In this document: positions 56,263-64,000 of the stretch, one piece after another
How positions within the stretch are numbered: position 1 is the first letter of the stretch
Layout of the letters: each line of letters opens with the position of its first letter
Assembly (NCBI RefSeq): GCF_009914755.1
Contig: NC_060938.1
DNA: 64,000 nucleotides
Source: the human T2T-CHM13v2.0 reference genome, Homo sapiens
Reading direction: 5' to 3' (one strand)
The notes under the pieces: model-generated
Told to the model about the DNA's origin: nothing
The model's input: only the letters and a program-made list of their open reading frames with translations
Databases searched by the model: none
Position numbers and translations under genes: made by a program

Positions 56263-57758
56263 AAAAAGTCAAAAAGTGCAACCTTCTGGATCCAGCTCAG
56301 CCTTCCAGCAAACAGCTCAGTAGCCTCAACAGCCATTACTGTATTAAAGAAAGTAGCATCCAATATATAATCTTCAAAATTATAAAGAAAGTCTTAAACT
56401 ATGACTAGTATATCCTATTTCAAAAGATAGGCAAATTGTGATTTCTTTTTTGAAAATTTATAATTGTAAAGAAAATCGTAAATTGTAACTATCTGCATAA
56501 TTAAGAAGGCAAGAAAATCATAATGCTTTTCAGAAAGTTCCTCTCACACATGATTTTAAGTTTTATTTATCTTGAAATTCATTTATATGAAACTTATATT
56601 TGAACAGTGTTCAGATAAATGTGGTATTAGCATATGCAGTGTTTTATTATATAAAATATTTTAATTATAGATATTAGAAAACATTAACTAGGCCATACTC
56701 TTTTATGCCATACGTGGGAATGTAAGTTAATTCAGCTTTATGGAGTCTGTTTGGTACTGTATCTATTCAAAATATACAGTGATGTATCAGTTCCACTTTC
56801 AGAAATCTGTTCTGCAGAAATATTTGCACAGGTACATAAAGATACATAATTTTCATTGTATCTCTGTAATAGCAAAAAATTGGAAATTATACAGAAGCCA
56901 ACTGAGTACTGGAGGTGAGTTTACTGACATAGAAAGGTACCCATGATACATGAAAAAGACAAGTTGAAAACAAAATGTACAGGATGATCCCATTTTTTGA
57001 AAATAAAAAAAAAATTACTGTGTGTGTTTTTATGTATATTCAGGGAAAAAAGCCTGGAAGTAGAAATTCTCCACTGACCAGTCACTTCTTCCTTTATATA
57101 GTTATGTATTTTTACAAATACTTTTTCTAGTTCTTTTTAAAAACTCACACATATTTTAAAGATAAGAAACTAAAATAAATCTTTAATGGTATAAACTTAA
57201 ACACTAATGTTTCTGCTCTTCTGCAGAATATTAATTTTCAAACTTGAGTTTGAGAAACTCAAAAACAAGCAATTTTAGAAGTCAGATAGGTCTTTTAATG
57301 ATTCTTAGGGTAGAAATCTATTTTTTTAACTATATATGTGAAACTTAGGAAACTGGAACTTAGTTCTAAGAGTGATATACTTCTTTCATTTTCAAAAAAG
57401 AAGCTTCTCATGTTTTCATAACCAACAGTTATGTTATCAAGGAGTTACTTTAGTATTATAATAGTTTAAATTACCTAGTTATGACTTTAAGAAACATATG
57501 TTAAGGAGTCCAAGGAGAATGTATAAATTGGGAAAAACCTCAGACTTAAAGTAATTATATGTAATATCAAAGCAATGTAATTGTAAGCTTCTCCCTAGGG
57601 AATCTGAAATATCCCCCAATAAATATCATCCAAACAAGTCACTGTTAATGTGGATTCTTGGAAGAAGATCTAAAAATAAATAAGTCAATAGAAATTATAA
57701 ACTTGGGCTGTGAATCTTAAAACAACTAATCAGGTAGCAGCATTTAAGTGCTATTTCA

Positions 57759-63818
<6,060 letters not shown>

Positions 63819-64000
63819 TCACAAAATTATTTTTTAAAAGCTAAAAAACATGATAATTAGGTAGGTTCTTCCAATCATCTTTGAAAGAAAAATGCTGTTC
63901 CTGTTTTTTATTATTGAGGGCAACTAAAGGAAATGTGTTTCTGCCACTTGGTGTCACAATTTTGCCCAGTCACCTTATGATTTTTTTTCAGGGGTTAATC

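Overview
This is hominid, almost certainly human, genomic DNA lying inside the PRORP gene (KIAA0391/MRPP3, the protein-only catalytic subunit of mitochondrial RNase P), transcribed on the + strand. Only one real coding exon is visible: 42222-42329 (108 nt, [36 protein letters not shown]), which carries the catalytic DGLN motif. The rest is repeat-rich intron: about 50 Alus, a TSD-flanked SVA, a 5.6-kb antisense L1PA4/5-type element, two 5'-inverted L1s, older L1M/L2/MIR remnants, a fragmented Tigger1, MaLR solo LTRs and a rearranged processed SEPTIN7 pseudogene. Almost all ORFs in the supplied track are repeat-derived. I found no novel protein-coding system. The most interesting structures are: (1) the L1 336 bp upstream of the catalytic exon is a spliced retrocopy (SpIRE 97/622-type) lacking the antisense promoter that would have pointed into that exon; (2) a (TG)12 tract sits between unused acceptors upstream of this in-frame-skippable exon; (3) an unidentified ~48-nt polyadenylated retro-insert with its own TSD lies at a site hit three times; (4) the SEPTIN7 pseudogene has clustered template-switch-like scars; (5) the SVA tail may carry a micro 3' transduction. 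Family and subfamily calls come from remembered consensus sequences, not from searches, and old-repeat boundaries are approximate.
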